Under the pieces are notes generated by a model. The model had not been told where the DNA came from and made no database searches. It saw only the letters and a list, made by a program, of their open reading frames with translations. Shown here one piece after another: positions 10,330-20,024 of a stretch of DNA of 64,000 bases. Source of the stretch: Cyanophyceae cyanobacterium (GTDB lineage: Bacteria; Cyanobacteriota; Cyanobacteriia; Cyanobacteriales; JBHJGN01); assembly GCA_050331735.1 (NCBI GenBank), contig JBHJGN010000008.1:1-64000 (forward strand), written 5' to 3'. A program made the translations under genes and the position numbers. Numbering within the stretch: the first letter of the stretch is position 1; each line of letters opens with the position of its first letter.

Positions 10330-11613
10330 ATGTTTGTGCCGCCCGGGTTTCGTCAGCACTTTATTACGACTGCTTTGGGAAAGATGGTGTACTACACCAA
10401 CGAAGCAGCACCGTGGAATGTTGAACTGGCTCCAGAACTAGTTTTCTTCCACGGATTTGGCGGCGGTTCTTCTGCCTACGAATGGTCGAAGGTATATCCA
10501 GCTTTTGCTTCCGAGTACCGAGTGCTAGCACCAGATTTAATTGGATGGGGGCGTTCAGAGCATCCAGAACGAAGCTACCGAATTGAGGATTACGTCTCGG
10601 TTCTCAATGAATTTCTGGAAAAAACTTGCACTAGCCCCACTCGGGTGATTGCTTCTGGATTGACGGCAGCTTTTACCATTCGAGCCGCTGTTGAGCGCCC
10701 AGAGCTCTATCAGTCTCTTGTCCTAACCACTGCGGCGGGACTGCGAGAATTTGAGAGCAACTATCCTCGTAACTTCTTTACGCAAGTCGTCAGCATTCCG
10801 GTTTTAGACAAGCTACTCTACAGCGCCGGAGTCAGCACTGAATTTGGCATCCGCAACTTTCTAGAGCAAAACCAGTTTGCCCGTGCTGAGCGCATTTCTT
10901 CAGAACTCATCCGAGCCTATCAGCAGTCGGCTCAGCAACCAAACGCTGAATATGCTGCCCTGGCGTTCGTGCGTGGAGACCTATGTTTCGATCTCTCTCA
11001 GTACGTTCCTCAATTAACCGTCCCAACTGCCTTAATATGGGGGCAAAAATCAGAATTTACGGGGCCAGATATCGGTCGTCGCCTTGCTGAGATGAACCCC
11101 CAGGCGATTCGTTTTTTTCAGCAGCTCGATGATGTGGGCTTGACTCCTCAGCTAGAGCTGCCAGCAGTGACAGTAGGGTTGATTCGCCAGTTTTTGCCTC
11201 TGCTCGAGGACAATCAAGACAAGCAACCGAACAAGCCAGTCAATTATCAAGATTTTCTAGAATCTGTCCAAACTCTCGACTTTATTTCAGATCGGGATAC
11301 GGCAGATGCAGCCATTAAAGCGGTTTTAGGGCACATTGCCAGTCGCGTAGAAGAGGCGATCGCCCGCCAGTTCATCGAGCAGCTTCCTGACCCCTTAAGC
11401 TTTGAAACCCTGCGCGGTCATCAAGAAACCGTCACCGAAATTTCTGCCGAGCAGTTTTTAGTTGATTTGGCCAAGCAGTTTAACATCAGCCAAGAGCAGG
11501 CAGCCAGACTAGTCCGACAGGTAGTCCAAGCGGCCAAGGAGGTCTCTGGGAGCGATTTTAGTCGCCTCGAAACTTATTTACCACCTGGCTGGACTGAAAT
11601 GATGAATGGTTAA
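10330..11613 (+). CDS. Alpha/beta-fold hydrolase fused to a C-terminal DUF2267-like domain
   Basis: FFHGFGGGSSAYEW and APDLIGWGRS; the last ~120 aa (NYQDFLESVQ...AIKAVLGHIASR...EQLPDPL) resemble DUF2267. Confidence 0.75.
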   Translation: MFVPPGFRQHFITTALGKMVYYTNEAAPWNVELAPELVFFHGFGGGSSAYEWSKVYPAFASEYRVLAPDLIGWGRSEHPERSYRIEDYVSVLNEFLEKTCTSPTRVIASGLTAAFTIRAAVERPELYQSLVLTTAAGLREFESNYPRNFFTQVVSIPVLDKLLYSAGVSTEFGIRNFLEQNQFARAERISSELIRAYQQSAQQPNAEYAALAFVRGDLCFDLSQYVPQLTVPTALIWGQKSEFTGPDIGRRLAEMNPQAIRFFQQLDDVGLTPQLELPAVTVGLIRQFLPLLEDNQDKQPNKPVNYQDFLESVQTLDFISDRDTADAAIKAVLGHIASRVEEAIARQFIEQLPDPLSFETLRGHQETVTEISAEQFLVDLAKQFNISQEQAARLVRQVVQAAKEVSGSDFSRLETYLPPGWTEMMNG

Positions 11614-11759
11614 ACTGACTTTACGGTTTCTAGAAAGTGAAGAGTTGGGGAATCTGCGCTTGGCAAGTTTTAGCATAATAGCAGCGGTTTCAACCGCCAT
11701 TATTCTTGGCACATCAGAGTAAGCGCCAGCAAGAGGTGGGCATCGCCCACCCGCTAATC

Positions 11760-12977
11760 TTACGGCTCAACCCAGCGACCATCCGCTTTAATGAGCTCAA
11801 TCAACTCTTCTACTCCGCGCTCTTCTGGGACTTTGCGAATCTCTTCTCTGCCACGATACAGTGAGATATACCCTGGCTGTTTGCCCACGTACCCGTAATC
11901 GGCATCTGCCATCTCTCCAGGACCATTGACAATACAGCCCATCACGGCAATGTCTAACCCGGTCAGGTGCTGAGTCGCCTCTCGCACCTTGTGCAGCACT
12001 TCTTCTAAATTAAACAGCGTCCGACCGCAGGAAGGACAGGCCACGTATTCTACCATCGTCTTCCGCAGTCCCAACGCCTGGAGAATGCTGTAGCATACCG
12101 GAATTTCTTTCTCTGGAGATTCGGTGAGAGAAACGCGAATGGTGTCGCCGATGCCTTCGGCTAACAGCGTTCCAATGCCAGCAGTAGATTTAATCCGTCC
12201 GTACTCTCCATCTCCGGCTTCGGTTACTCCCAAATGAAGCGGGTAGTCCATCCCTAACTCATCCATCCGCTGCACCATCAGGCGATAGGCCGCCAGCATC
12301 ACCGGAACCCGCGAGGCTTTGAGGGAAATAACGAGATTGCAGAAATCCAAAGATTCGCAGATTTTGATAAATTCTAGGGCAGACTCGACCATGCCTTCGG
12401 GAGTATCGCCGTAGGTAAACAGCATGCGTTCGGCTAGGGAGCCGTGATTGACACCAATGCGCATCGCCTTGCCCTGGTCCCGCAGAGAAATTGCTAAAGG
12501 CTCTAGCGTTTCCCGAATTTTGTCACTGATTTCTGCAAATTCTGCTGGGGTGTATTCGGTTCTGTCTGCTTTCGGCTTTTCGAAAACGTATAGCCCTGGG
12601 TTGATTCTCACTTTATCAACGTGCTTGGCCACCTCTAGGGCAATTTTCATGCCGTTATGATGAACGTCGGCAACTAGCGGCACTAGCTGATAGGTGCGCG
12701 CTAGTTTCTGCCTAATCGTGGCTAAGGCTTTTGCATGAGCCATACTGGGCACCGTCACGCGCACAATTTCGCAGCCAATTTCGTGAAGACGGCGAATGGC
12801 GGCCACCGAGCCATCGATATCTAAAGTATCTTCATTAATCATCGACTGTACGACGACTGGATGTCCGCCACCAATGGTGATATTGCCCACCCGCACCGGG
12901 CGAGTTTTGCGTCTGTGAATTGTGGTATCGACGGGCAGAGTTGCGGGGGCTGCTGCTTGAGGATCTAAAGTTTGCAT
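11760..12977 (-). CDS. ispG: (E)-4-hydroxy-3-methylbut-2-enyl-diphosphate synthase
   Basis: [53 protein letters not shown]. Confidence 0.98.
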   Translation of the reverse strand: MQTLDPQAAAPATLPVDTTIHRRKTRPVRVGNITIGGGHPVVVQSMINEDTLDIDGSVAAIRRLHEIGCEIVRVTVPSMAHAKALATIRQKLARTYQLVPLVADVHHNGMKIALEVAKHVDKVRINPGLYVFEKPKADRTEYTPAEFAEISDKIRETLEPLAISLRDQGKAMRIGVNHGSLAERMLFTYGDTPEGMVESALEFIKICESLDFCNLVISLKASRVPVMLAAYRLMVQRMDELGMDYPLHLGVTEAGDGEYGRIKSTAGIGTLLAEGIGDTIRVSLTESPEKEIPVCYSILQALGLRKTMVEYVACPSCGRTLFNLEEVLHKVREATQHLTGLDIAVMGCIVNGPGEMADADYGYVGKQPGYISLYRGREEIRKVPEERGVEELIELIKADGRWVEP

Positions 12978-13090
12978 AGCTCGATGCTGGGGTGCAAGAT
13001 CAAAATTGATTTTATAGTAATTGTCTCAAATCCTAGTTAAGGAAAAATTAGCAAGTCAGCATGTCAGTTAGATACGATGCTGTTCCTGGC

Positions 13091-14155
13091 TTACGCTGGC
13101 ACAGGAGGTTCTAGTCCCAACTTGCTGATTAACCTGTCGAGGTTGAAGTTGTCTGCCAGCAGTTCTTGAATACACTGCACTTTAATCGGTTCTTGGAGGC
13201 GCACCTGACCAAAAGCGCGATCAACGATTTCTACAGTGGTAAGAGTATCTAAATTAACAGACAGGATCGGAATTTCCAAATCCTCAGCACGGTTGAGGAT
13301 CAGAGGCTGCGGCGGACGATGACCGGTTAAAATCAGACAGTGAGTCGAGGTTTCTAAGGCAGCGAGCTGAAGATCGGTGCGATCGCCTCCTGTCACCACG
13401 GCCATGTTTCTCCCCTGGCGAAAGTATTCTAAAGCAGAGTTGACGTTCATCGCGCCGATACAGAGGTTTTCGACCATTAAATCTAGCCGGTCTGAGCGGC
13501 AGAGAACGTTTGCTTCGAGCTGATTAGCCAGTTCTCGAACGCTGACGCTGCGCAAGAGGTTATCAGTCGGCACCACTCCCAATACCTCGATCCCTTGCTC
13601 TTCTAGAAACGGCTGGGCTAGAGTCACAACATCTCGCTCCTCCTGGGGAACATTGTTAATAAAAACTCCCAAAAGGCGATCGCCTAAAAACTGTTTGGCG
13701 GCCAGTAAGCTGTCTACCAGCAGAGCATTGTAGCGAGCCACCAGTAATACCGCCGCATCTGCCACCTGAGCCATCTGCCCAACGGACAGATTAAATAGAC
13801 TACCTTCCCAGAGATTCCCCGGTCCTTCTAGCAGAATTAAATCCCCCTTTAGTTCTTCAATGTACTGCTGAAACGATTGAGAGTAATTTTTGGGATCTTC
13901 TTTGCGCAGTTGGCTGTTAACGGTCGGACGATCGAGGCACAGCAGCGGCGGTTTCACCTGCTCGTCAGACAACCCCAAAGCCTCAGCAATAAACTGCACA
14001 TCTTTCTCTAGGCCATCAGCATCACTTAAGCAGGTTCCCAGGGGTTTGCCGTAAGCGACTGAAAATCCTCGCTGCTTGAGCTGATGAGCAATTCCTAATA
14101 CCGTTGCCGATTTGCCGCTGTAGGCTTCAGTTGAGCCAATAAGCAGTTTGGTCAC
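13091..14155 (-). CDS. Phosphotransacetylase-family protein (BioD-like N-terminus + DRTGG domain)
   Basis: [10 protein letters not shown]-loop; [12 protein letters not shown]. Confidence 0.88.
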   Translation of the reverse strand: MTKLLIGSTEAYSGKSATVLGIAHQLKQRGFSVAYGKPLGTCLSDADGLEKDVQFIAEALGLSDEQVKPPLLCLDRPTVNSQLRKEDPKNYSQSFQQYIEELKGDLILLEGPGNLWEGSLFNLSVGQMAQVADAAVLLVARYNALLVDSLLAAKQFLGDRLLGVFINNVPQEERDVVTLAQPFLEEQGIEVLGVVPTDNLLRSVSVRELANQLEANVLCRSDRLDLMVENLCIGAMNVNSALEYFRQGRNMAVVTGGDRTDLQLAALETSTHCLILTGHRPPQPLILNRAEDLEIPILSVNLDTLTTVEIVDRAFGQVRLQEPIKVQCIQELLADNFNLDRLISKLGLEPPVPA

Positions 14156-14193
14156 GATTGCTTCTACACTCCTTACTCTTTATCTTGCCACCA

Positions 14194-14577
14194 TCATACT
14201 CCTTCATCAAAGCGCAGGAGCTTTCTATAAAAGGCTCTCGGAAAATCCGTTAAGCGAGAGCGCTGGAATTTTTTGACAATGGAAATTAAGTAGTCGATAA
14301 ACTCTGCATTTAATATTGTAGCTTCGTAGCTCAACTCTGCCTGTCCGTCAAACTGAATTCGGCAGCGAGTCAATTCCGAAGGCAGCGTCGAAATATACCA
14401 GGTTGCTACAAAGGGAATGTCCTCACCCCCTTCAATGCGTCGCTGTCCCTCTAATGAACCTTGCTTATATAGGCTGATAGCGTAGGGCAGGAGGTTGTGC
14501 TTGTCTTTAGAATAGTAGGGGAGATAAATGGAGGTATCTCCGGGTTTAGCTGGCTGTAGCTCGTTAATTGCCGTCAT
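14194..14577 (-). CDS. ebsA: Type IV pilus/secretion-associated protein EbsA
   Basis: IYLPYY...LLPYAISLYKQGSLEGQRRIEGG..IPFVATW; the typical upstream neighbour of the Pta-like gene. Confidence 0.8.
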   Translation of the reverse strand: MTAINELQPAKPGDTSIYLPYYSKDKHNLLPYAISLYKQGSLEGQRRIEGGEDIPFVATWYISTLPSELTRCRIQFDGQAELSYEATILNAEFIDYLISIVKKFQRSRLTDFPRAFYRKLLRFDEGV

Positions 14578-14814
14578 CGCTCTTCTAGTAATTGAGAAGT
14601 AAGTTTTTACTATAGTGACCGTTTTGACGGCGAGAAATATCAAGAACTCGGAACTTAGAATTCAGCATTCGGCATTATGCTGCCCTCAGCGTTCGGTTGG
14701 CAACGATGGTCGTTGTGGTCGCGGTAGGATGAGAAGTAAGCCCTAAAGTGAGGGAAAAGGGGAAGGGGGAAGGGGGAAAGGGGCGTTATCTGTAGATTAA
14801 TTCCACTGTAGTTA

Positions 14815-15825
14815 ATGGTAGTTAGCATCGAATCTGCTGGGATAAATTCCCGCGTTACCGATGGCGGTAATTCTTTGAGTGTGGCTCCAATGATGGAGCG
14901 TACCGATCGCCATTACCGCTTTTTGATGCGTCAGCTCACCCGCCGTACTCTTCTTTATACCGAAATGGTGACAACGGCGGCGATTCTCAATGGCGATCGC
15001 TCCAAACTCCTCGGCTTTTCTCCAGAAGAAAAACCACTATCGCTTCAGGTAGGCGGCGACAACCCTCAAGAACTGGCTACCTGTGCGCTGATTGCCGAAG
15101 AGATGGGCTACGACGAGATTAATTTAAATGTGGGCTGTCCGAGTTCTCGCGTACAGAACGGGAACTTTGGGGCTTGCCTAATGGCGCAGCCAGATAGGGT
15201 GGCGCGGGCAGTAGAGGCGATGCAGAAGGCAGTGGATATTCCGGTGACGGTGAAGCACCGCATTGGCATTGACGAGCGCGATCGCTATGAGGATATGGCT
15301 GAGTTTGTGCGTGTCGTGGCTGAGGCTGGCTGTCGGCGCTTTACGGTCCACGCCCGCAAAGCATGGCTCAAAGGCTTGAATCCCAAGGAAAATCGTACCG
15401 TTCCGCCTTTACGCTACCCAGAGGTCTATCGACTGAAGCAGGAGTTCCCTCAGCTATTTGTAGAAATCAACGGCGGTATCATTACTCTAGAGCAAATCAA
15501 AGAGCATCTTCACCACGTAGATGCCGTGATGGTAGGTCGCGCTGCTTATGATCATCCTTACCTGTTTGCTACAGTCGATCGAGAGATTTACGGGGAGGAG
15601 GCAACACCGCTAACTCGTCATGAAGTGGTGGAAGCAATGTTGCCCTACATCGACTACTGGGTGGCGAGGGGGGTCAAGCTCAACTCTATCAGTCGCCACA
15701 TGCTGAGTTTATTTTTAGGACAGGCGGGAACCAAAGCCTGGAAGCGGCACATCAGCGAACAGGCTCATCGAGCTGGTGCTGGCGCTGATGTGATTCGGTC
15801 GGCACTTCAGAACGTACCGAGGTAA
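14815..15825 (+). CDS. dusA: tRNA-dihydrouridine(20/20a) synthase
   Basis: SVAPMM, LYTEM, NLNVGCPSSRVQ, VKHRIGID, VHARKAWLKGL. Confidence 0.93.
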   Translation: MVVSIESAGINSRVTDGGNSLSVAPMMERTDRHYRFLMRQLTRRTLLYTEMVTTAAILNGDRSKLLGFSPEEKPLSLQVGGDNPQELATCALIAEEMGYDEINLNVGCPSSRVQNGNFGACLMAQPDRVARAVEAMQKAVDIPVTVKHRIGIDERDRYEDMAEFVRVVAEAGCRRFTVHARKAWLKGLNPKENRTVPPLRYPEVYRLKQEFPQLFVEINGGIITLEQIKEHLHHVDAVMVGRAAYDHPYLFATVDREIYGEEATPLTRHEVVEAMLPYIDYWVARGVKLNSISRHMLSLFLGQAGTKAWKRHISEQAHRAGAGADVIRSALQNVPR

Positions 15826-16004
15826 GTAATAGATTACTTGAGAACAGCAATAAGTTTACAGAATCTATTACGTTGCATAAAAGGGAAGGCATAGCCATGA
15901 GTGATAAGTAGCAGATAAAATCTGTCATTCTTGCTGTTTTCTATTACACCATTGTTACTGTCTAGTCATTTAAATCCAATAACAACTAGATTCTAAAAGA
16001 TTTC

Positions 16005-16886
16005 ATGAAGAAAATAACAATCATACTGCGGAGCGAGCAAGGACAATGGATAGCTAGAGTATCAAAATCATCTCATATAAGTTGGGATATTCAGGAGTAT
16101 GGAAATAGTAAGGAACATGCTTTGAATTTAGCAAAAGCTAAGACTCTGCGAGGAATTGCAGATTTATATGAAAGTCATGATATTAAGCTTGACAGTTTTA
16201 TATTTAGAGCTACAGATTCATCAGTGGCAGGTAAGCCTTTAAAGAGGTTAACAGAAAGACTAGCATCCTGTTATAAATATATAAAAAATTGGATAATAGA
16301 AACACCATATCTAGAATTTTTCCTTAGAATTTCGCTTAATGCCTCTGTTTTGTACATAGCTATTCTCTCGTGCATTTTTGTAGGACTTATCATCAATTTT
16401 GTTTACTCGCTATTCCAAAACAAGCAAGTGTTTGCAACTTTCTTTGCATCTTCAGTAGCCTTTGTTGGTGTATTACTATCTGTTGCCATTCAAAGTCTAA
16501 TAGCTATCTACAAAGACAGAAGAGATAGACAAAGCGAAAGCGTCAAGAAAATGACTGAATATTACGAAAAGATTGTCAAGGTTTTAAGAAATCCTGGAAA
16601 ATTTCCCTTGAAGGAAGCTTTAGAGTTTATCAACGAATTTTCTGACAAAGTGGAAATATATGGCTCATCAAACGTACTACATCAGTGGAAACACTTTAAA
16701 GAAAGAATAATTGAAGCACAAATTAACCCTGTAAAAATTGAAATTAAAGATTTGCATAACTTTAGAAATTTTATTTGGGCAATTAGAAAAGAGATGGGTT
16801 ACTTTAACGAAAATTCCATGAATAGACATAATATATATAAAGAGCTAAAAAAAATCTATGGAGAAAATAAGAAAATAAAACTATGA
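16005..16886 (+). CDS. AT-rich hypothetical protein: HicB-like N-terminus, two TM helices, C-terminal domain
   Basis: Intact 293-aa ORF, markedly AT-rich; GQWIARV...YGNSKEHALNLAKAKTLRGIAD; two hydrophobic segments. Confidence 0.65.
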   Translation: MKKITIILRSEQGQWIARVSKSSHISWDIQEYGNSKEHALNLAKAKTLRGIADLYESHDIKLDSFIFRATDSSVAGKPLKRLTERLASCYKYIKNWIIETPYLEFFLRISLNASVLYIAILSCIFVGLIINFVYSLFQNKQVFATFFASSVAFVGVLLSVAIQSLIAIYKDRRDRQSESVKKMTEYYEKIVKVLRNPGKFPLKEALEFINEFSDKVEIYGSSNVLHQWKHFKERIIEAQINPVKIEIKDLHNFRNFIWAIRKEMGYFNENSMNRHNIYKELKKIYGENKKIKL

Positions 16887-16917
16887 TGTTATTTTTATTC
16901 AGAAAACGTGTTTCACG

Positions 16918-17508
16918 TTGCAGAGTTCTTTAACATACACTGTGGAAATTACTCTGGCACAGTTAAGCGAAGATTTTGGATTAGAACGGATAGATGACGA
17001 GAGTTTCCCTGAATGGCGAGAAAACTTGCCTGAACTAACGGCTGACGAGGAGCAGTTTCTCGGTGAAGTCCAACGCGACTATCTCCATTTATCTCGCTGT
17101 CCGTTACTAGAACCCCTTGTAAAAATGGTTGTTCTGTCTCCGCTACTGAGACTGGCAGGATTCTATCGACCTCCATTCTACCTTGCTGCCGAGAAGGAAG
17201 TGAGAATTTCCTCTGAAGATGAAGGAGCCATAGTCCAGGGGCGCATTGATCTCTTGGTCTTTCACCCTGAGTTTTGGGTAACTGTTGTTGAAGCGAAACG
17301 GGCAGCCTATTCTTTGGAGGGAGGAATTCCTCAAGTGCTGGCTTGTATGCATGGCGACCCCCATCCCAATCCTGCTTTTGGATTTCTGACAAACGGCAAT
17401 ACTTTTCAATTTCTGAAACTTATTCAGCAGAACAAGCCTCGTTACGCTAGATCCTACACGTTGTCGCTCGACCGCCAGGATGACCTCTATACTGTCCTGA
17501 GAGCCTGA
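16918..17508 (+). CDS. PD-(D/E)XK / HsdR-N-like restriction-endonuclease-fold protein, probably C-terminally truncated
   Basis: GRIDLLV...VEAKR...IPQVLA...GFLTNG; the in-frame sequence continues past TGA as KRFGQLLSG*. Confidence 0.7.
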   Translation: MQSSLTYTVEITLAQLSEDFGLERIDDESFPEWRENLPELTADEEQFLGEVQRDYLHLSRCPLLEPLVKMVVLSPLLRLAGFYRPPFYLAAEKEVRISSEDEGAIVQGRIDLLVFHPEFWVTVVEAKRAAYSLEGGIPQVLACMHGDPHPNPAFGFLTNGNTFQFLKLIQQNKPRYARSYTLSLDRQDDLYTVLRA

Positions 17509-17581
17509 AAGCGTTTTGGTCAATTGCTCTCTGGGTGAATTTGAGCAGATACTCCTAAGTAAGGAGTCCCTGAACAAGGAA

Positions 17582-17740
17582 TTACAAATTACTTTCTGGG
17601 AAATACTCAGGGTTTAACAATTGCTCCACCGTATAGGGACATTCTTCAGGCAAAACTGGTAAATCATACCCTGGTTCTTTTAGCTTTAGATAAGCTTGCC
17701 GCTTGGCTTTTGGATAAATTTCATCAATCTGAGAGACAAA
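17582..17740 (-). pseudogene. DUF29-family C-terminal remnant
   Basis: Minus strand reads FVSQIDEIYPKAKRQAY...LPEECPYTVEQLLNPEYFP*. An in-frame stop lies immediately upstream and there is no start codon. Confidence 0.65.
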
Positions 17741-17820
17741 AACGATGGATTAACCATTTTCTTCGTGAATTGTTGCGACGTAAAGTTGGGTCAAGCATCT
17801 GCCCAACCCAACACCGATGT

Positions 17821-18819
17821 TTAGTGCTTTAGCACCAACCGATACCTGGGTTTACCGCTGCGCAGCTTTTCCATCGCCTCATTAACCTGGTTAAAAGAGT
17901 ATGTTTCTGTAATCGGTTCGATGCCGTGTCGGGAGGCAAAATCTAGCATTCGTGCCGTCGTTACCGGACTTCCCAGAGGACTTGCTGAAATTTCCTTCTG
18001 TCCTGCGATCATCGGAAACACTTGGCTAGAAACTTGAGAAGCCACTCCGACTAGGTGTAGCCGACCTTTCGGGCGCAGCATGGCTACATAAGCATCCCAA
18101 TCTAAATCCACATTAACAGTGGAAATAATCATATCAAAAGAATTTTCCAAGGCTTTAAGAGCCTCTAGATCGCGGGAATTAACAAAATGGTTAGCGCCCA
18201 TCTGTCGCGCTTCTTCTTCCTTTTCGGGGCTAGTGGAAAATGCCGTCAGGTCGCATCCCCAGGCGCGGAGAAAACCAAGCGCCATGTGTCCTAGTCCGCC
18301 AATGCCAATTACGCCCACGCGGTCTGTTGGTCTAACATCAAACTGAACAATCGGGTTAAAAACCGTAATGCCGCCACAGAATAACGGACCTGCCGTCGCC
18401 GGATTAACGCCTTCGGGAATAGGCAGCACCCAGCCCCAGTGAGCGCGAACTTTATCCGCAAATCCGCCATGCCGACCAACAATGGTTCCTTCGGCGGTCA
18501 AGCAGAGGTTGTGGTTCCCCGACATGCACCATTCACAGTGCATACAGGAACGAGCGTACCAGCCTAAACCAACCCGCTGTCCGGGCTGTAGTTCTTTGAC
18601 TTCATCGCCAACGGCAGCAATCGTCCCGACGACTTCATGGCCGGGAACGAAAGGGTACTCGGTCATGCCCCACTCGTTGTCCAGCATACTAAGATCGCTG
18701 TGGCAAATACCGCAGTATTCGACATTAATTTCTACTTGCTCTTCGCCCAACGGTCCCGGATCGTAATCGAAGGGCTGGAGTTCTCCGCCGGGTTCGTGGG
18801 CTGCGTAAGCTTTAATCAT
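17821..18819 (-). CDS. Zn-dependent NADPH aldehyde reductase / alcohol dehydrogenase (Ahr/AdhA-like)
   Basis: CGICHSD, GHEVVG, CxxCxxC, GPLFCGGITV, GIGGLG. Confidence 0.93.
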   Translation of the reverse strand: MIKAYAAHEPGGELQPFDYDPGPLGEEQVEINVEYCGICHSDLSMLDNEWGMTEYPFVPGHEVVGTIAAVGDEVKELQPGQRVGLGWYARSCMHCEWCMSGNHNLCLTAEGTIVGRHGGFADKVRAHWGWVLPIPEGVNPATAGPLFCGGITVFNPIVQFDVRPTDRVGVIGIGGLGHMALGFLRAWGCDLTAFSTSPEKEEEARQMGANHFVNSRDLEALKALENSFDMIISTVNVDLDWDAYVAMLRPKGRLHLVGVASQVSSQVFPMIAGQKEISASPLGSPVTTARMLDFASRHGIEPITETYSFNQVNEAMEKLRSGKPRYRLVLKH

Positions 18820-18915
18820 GGTTGAGACCTCGATAGATCGTTAGTCTTGGATTATTGTACAGTTCAAAAACTCAGCTAAGCAGTATTGAGACAATTCTAG
18901 ATAGCTCTTAGCTCT

Positions 18916-19069
18916 TATACCAATTAGAAAAAGTCATGAGAGACTTGATCCGTTGGGGAAAAGGGGAAAGGGTAAGGGGGAAAGGTAAATACAGCAAGCC
19001 TTTCCCTTTTAAGAGCCAACTCTTTGTTAGTGAGGAGAACTATCTCACTACTTTCGGTAAATGGTATTA
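18916..19069. mobile_element. MITE-like element (~150 bp) with imperfect terminal inverted repeats
   Basis: Left end ATACCAATTAGAAAAAGTCATGAGA matches the reverse complement of the right end ATACCATTTACCGAAAGTAGTGAGA at 19/25; contains an internal G/A heptamer tract. Confidence 0.5.
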
Positions 19070-19093
19070 GCTATCAGCTTGAAGAACGTGAGA

Positions 19094-19402
19094 TTAATCT
19101 ATCGATCCTTTCTCTGCCATCCGCTTCCGCTCAACAATTGCCTGTCTGAAACCGAGCACTACTAAAATATTGGAAAGTGTCAGAAAAAATTCTGCGCTTC
19201 CGTGTAGCCAATCAACGTTTGCTAGCGGTTCATGGTAATGAACTTGGGCATAGATACCCGCAGGAATGGTAATGGCTACAAAAATGAGCAGTACATAAAA
19301 GCCAATCAAAGCTAGGCGTGGGGTTTTTCCAGAACGGGTCAGAAACCACAAAAACCCTAGATAGGGAAATAAAGAGAGAGCAAATAAATTTTCTTTAGAC
19401 AT
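19094..19402 (-). CDS. DUF3593-family membrane protein
   Basis: LFALSLFPYLGFLWFL...LANVDWLHGSAE; follows DUF2499. Confidence 0.85.
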   Translation of the reverse strand: MSKENLFALSLFPYLGFLWFLTRSGKTPRLALIGFYVLLIFVAITIPAGIYAQVHYHEPLANVDWLHGSAEFFLTLSNILVVLGFRQAIVERKRMAEKGSID

Positions 19403-19411
19403 AATCCTCGT

Positions 19412-19750
19412 TTAAGAAGCATCAGCAGTAGATTTGTTTTTATCTACGCGCTCTTTTGGTTGCTCGGAACGCCAGATCCACCAAGCCGCCGCACACAGGG
19501 TGCAGTTGCCTACCACCGTCATGAATGCCTGGAGAACAACGAGCCAGTCTAAGGATTTCGGGTTGTCGAAAAAGTGCCAGGTACAGGCGCACATGGCGCT
19601 GACCAAAGCAGGCAGCATCGCAACAGAGAGAGTCCGCCACGAGCGATCGCCTGTCGTTTCGCCGTAGGTCCAAATTAGCCAAATAGCGGCCATCCACTCC
19701 ACAACGCTTGAGAGGTGAACGATCCAGGTCGGAATTGAAAGAGCATGCAT
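19412..19750 (-). CDS. DUF2499 / Ycf49-like membrane protein
   Basis: MHALSIPTWIVHLSSVVEW...CACTWHFFDN. Confidence 0.88.
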   Translation of the reverse strand: MHALSIPTWIVHLSSVVEWMAAIWLIWTYGETTGDRSWRTLSVAMLPALVSAMCACTWHFFDNPKSLDWLVVLQAFMTVVGNCTLCAAAWWIWRSEQPKERVDKNKSTADAS

Positions 19751-19852
19751 CAGTAAGACACTTCCTCAAGTGATGGTCAAAGAGAATATTTACTCTACCC
19801 TAGCGCTGTTGCTAGGGTGGCAGCCTCAATGTCTGCACCTAGAAAATGAATT

Positions 19853-19948
19853 TCACTGGCGACGCGGCTGAAATAGACGAATCAGCCACTGCACAACAGC
19901 GTTAATCAGCGCAATTAATTTTTCGAGAACTCCTCGTCGTTCTTCCAT
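19853..19948 (-). CDS. Putative 31-aa small protein (not in ORF track)
   Basis: MEERRGVLEKLIALINAVVQWLIRLFQPRRQ*; AGAGGAG lies 5 nt before the ATG. Confidence 0.5.
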   Translation of the reverse strand: MEERRGVLEKLIALINAVVQWLIRLFQPRRQ

Positions 19949-20024
19949 TCTGACTCCTCTGAGCCGGCACTTTGATAGGCGATCGCACCTTAGCTTACCA
20001 ATTACAGAACAACCTCTTCAACGT

